From: Eledone cirrhosa
Taxonomy: Eukaryota
Direction of reading: 5' to 3'
Length of the DNA: 64,000 nucleotides
Assembly: GCA_964016885.1 (NCBI GenBank)
Contig: OZ024740.1
Location: 284,022,001 to 284,086,000, forward strand
The notes beneath the pieces are model-generated. The model was given only the letters and a program-made list of their open reading frames with translations, had not been told where the DNA came from and did not search any database. The position numbers were made by a program, and so were the translations under genes. Positions 63,779 through 64,000 of the stretch are shown here, piece by piece; the first letter of the stretch is position 1; every line of letters starts with the position of its first letter.

Positions 63779-64000
63779 ATATTTAGTAACAAATATGAAA
63801 ATAATTACATATAAAAGAAATTTCTTACAGAAATTAATCCTGAAACTCAGAATGAGATAAGAAAAACTCATGTTTAATTAAAAAGACAAATTTTTAAAAG
63901 TATAATCCTTAATGTATGTAAAATATTCTATATTATGTACTGCATGCAGATTATGGAAATAAATTTATATCTAGTGTAATTACAAGCTGCCTAGATAGAT

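Noticed and set aside
33500-64000. Search for MCTP C2A exons
   Set aside because: No SDPYVKF/NLNP.W/DYD-type C2A sequence was found by eye. They are presumed to lie beyond 64000, though a small exon could have been missed.

Overview
AT-rich, microsatellite-dense animal DNA, most likely an octopod cephalopod (inferred from SINE/LINE content and composition, not proven). The window is the interior of one minus-strand gene encoding a multiple C2 and transmembrane domain protein (MCTP). I spliced 13 exons by hand (33334 down to 4021; 1483 nt, 494 codons, all intron phases compatible) covering C2B, C2C and the two membrane segments. One intron uses a GC donor. The C2A exons and the last exons were not found and probably lie outside the window, so roughly 33.4-64 kb appears to be one very long intron. 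The introns hold tRNA-derived SINEs, RTE, CR1, CRE-like, R4-like and Tx1-like LINE fragments, Helitrons, a DD37D (maT) transposon, and piggyBac-type and hAT-type MITEs. The most interesting signal is a set of apparently unrelated short non-coding elements sitting in (TA)n tracts. They carry type I hammerhead ribozyme motifs (clear at 952-1001, 1520-1569, 44110-44189, 44661-44698 and 44986-45062; degenerate elsewhere) and are arranged as tandem or fold-back repeats whose turning point repeatedly falls at the ribozyme. They resemble Penelope-like-element termini or retrozymes, and two intact motifs lie in the sense of the MCTP pre-mRNA. All structures were read by eye; nothing was computed or searched.
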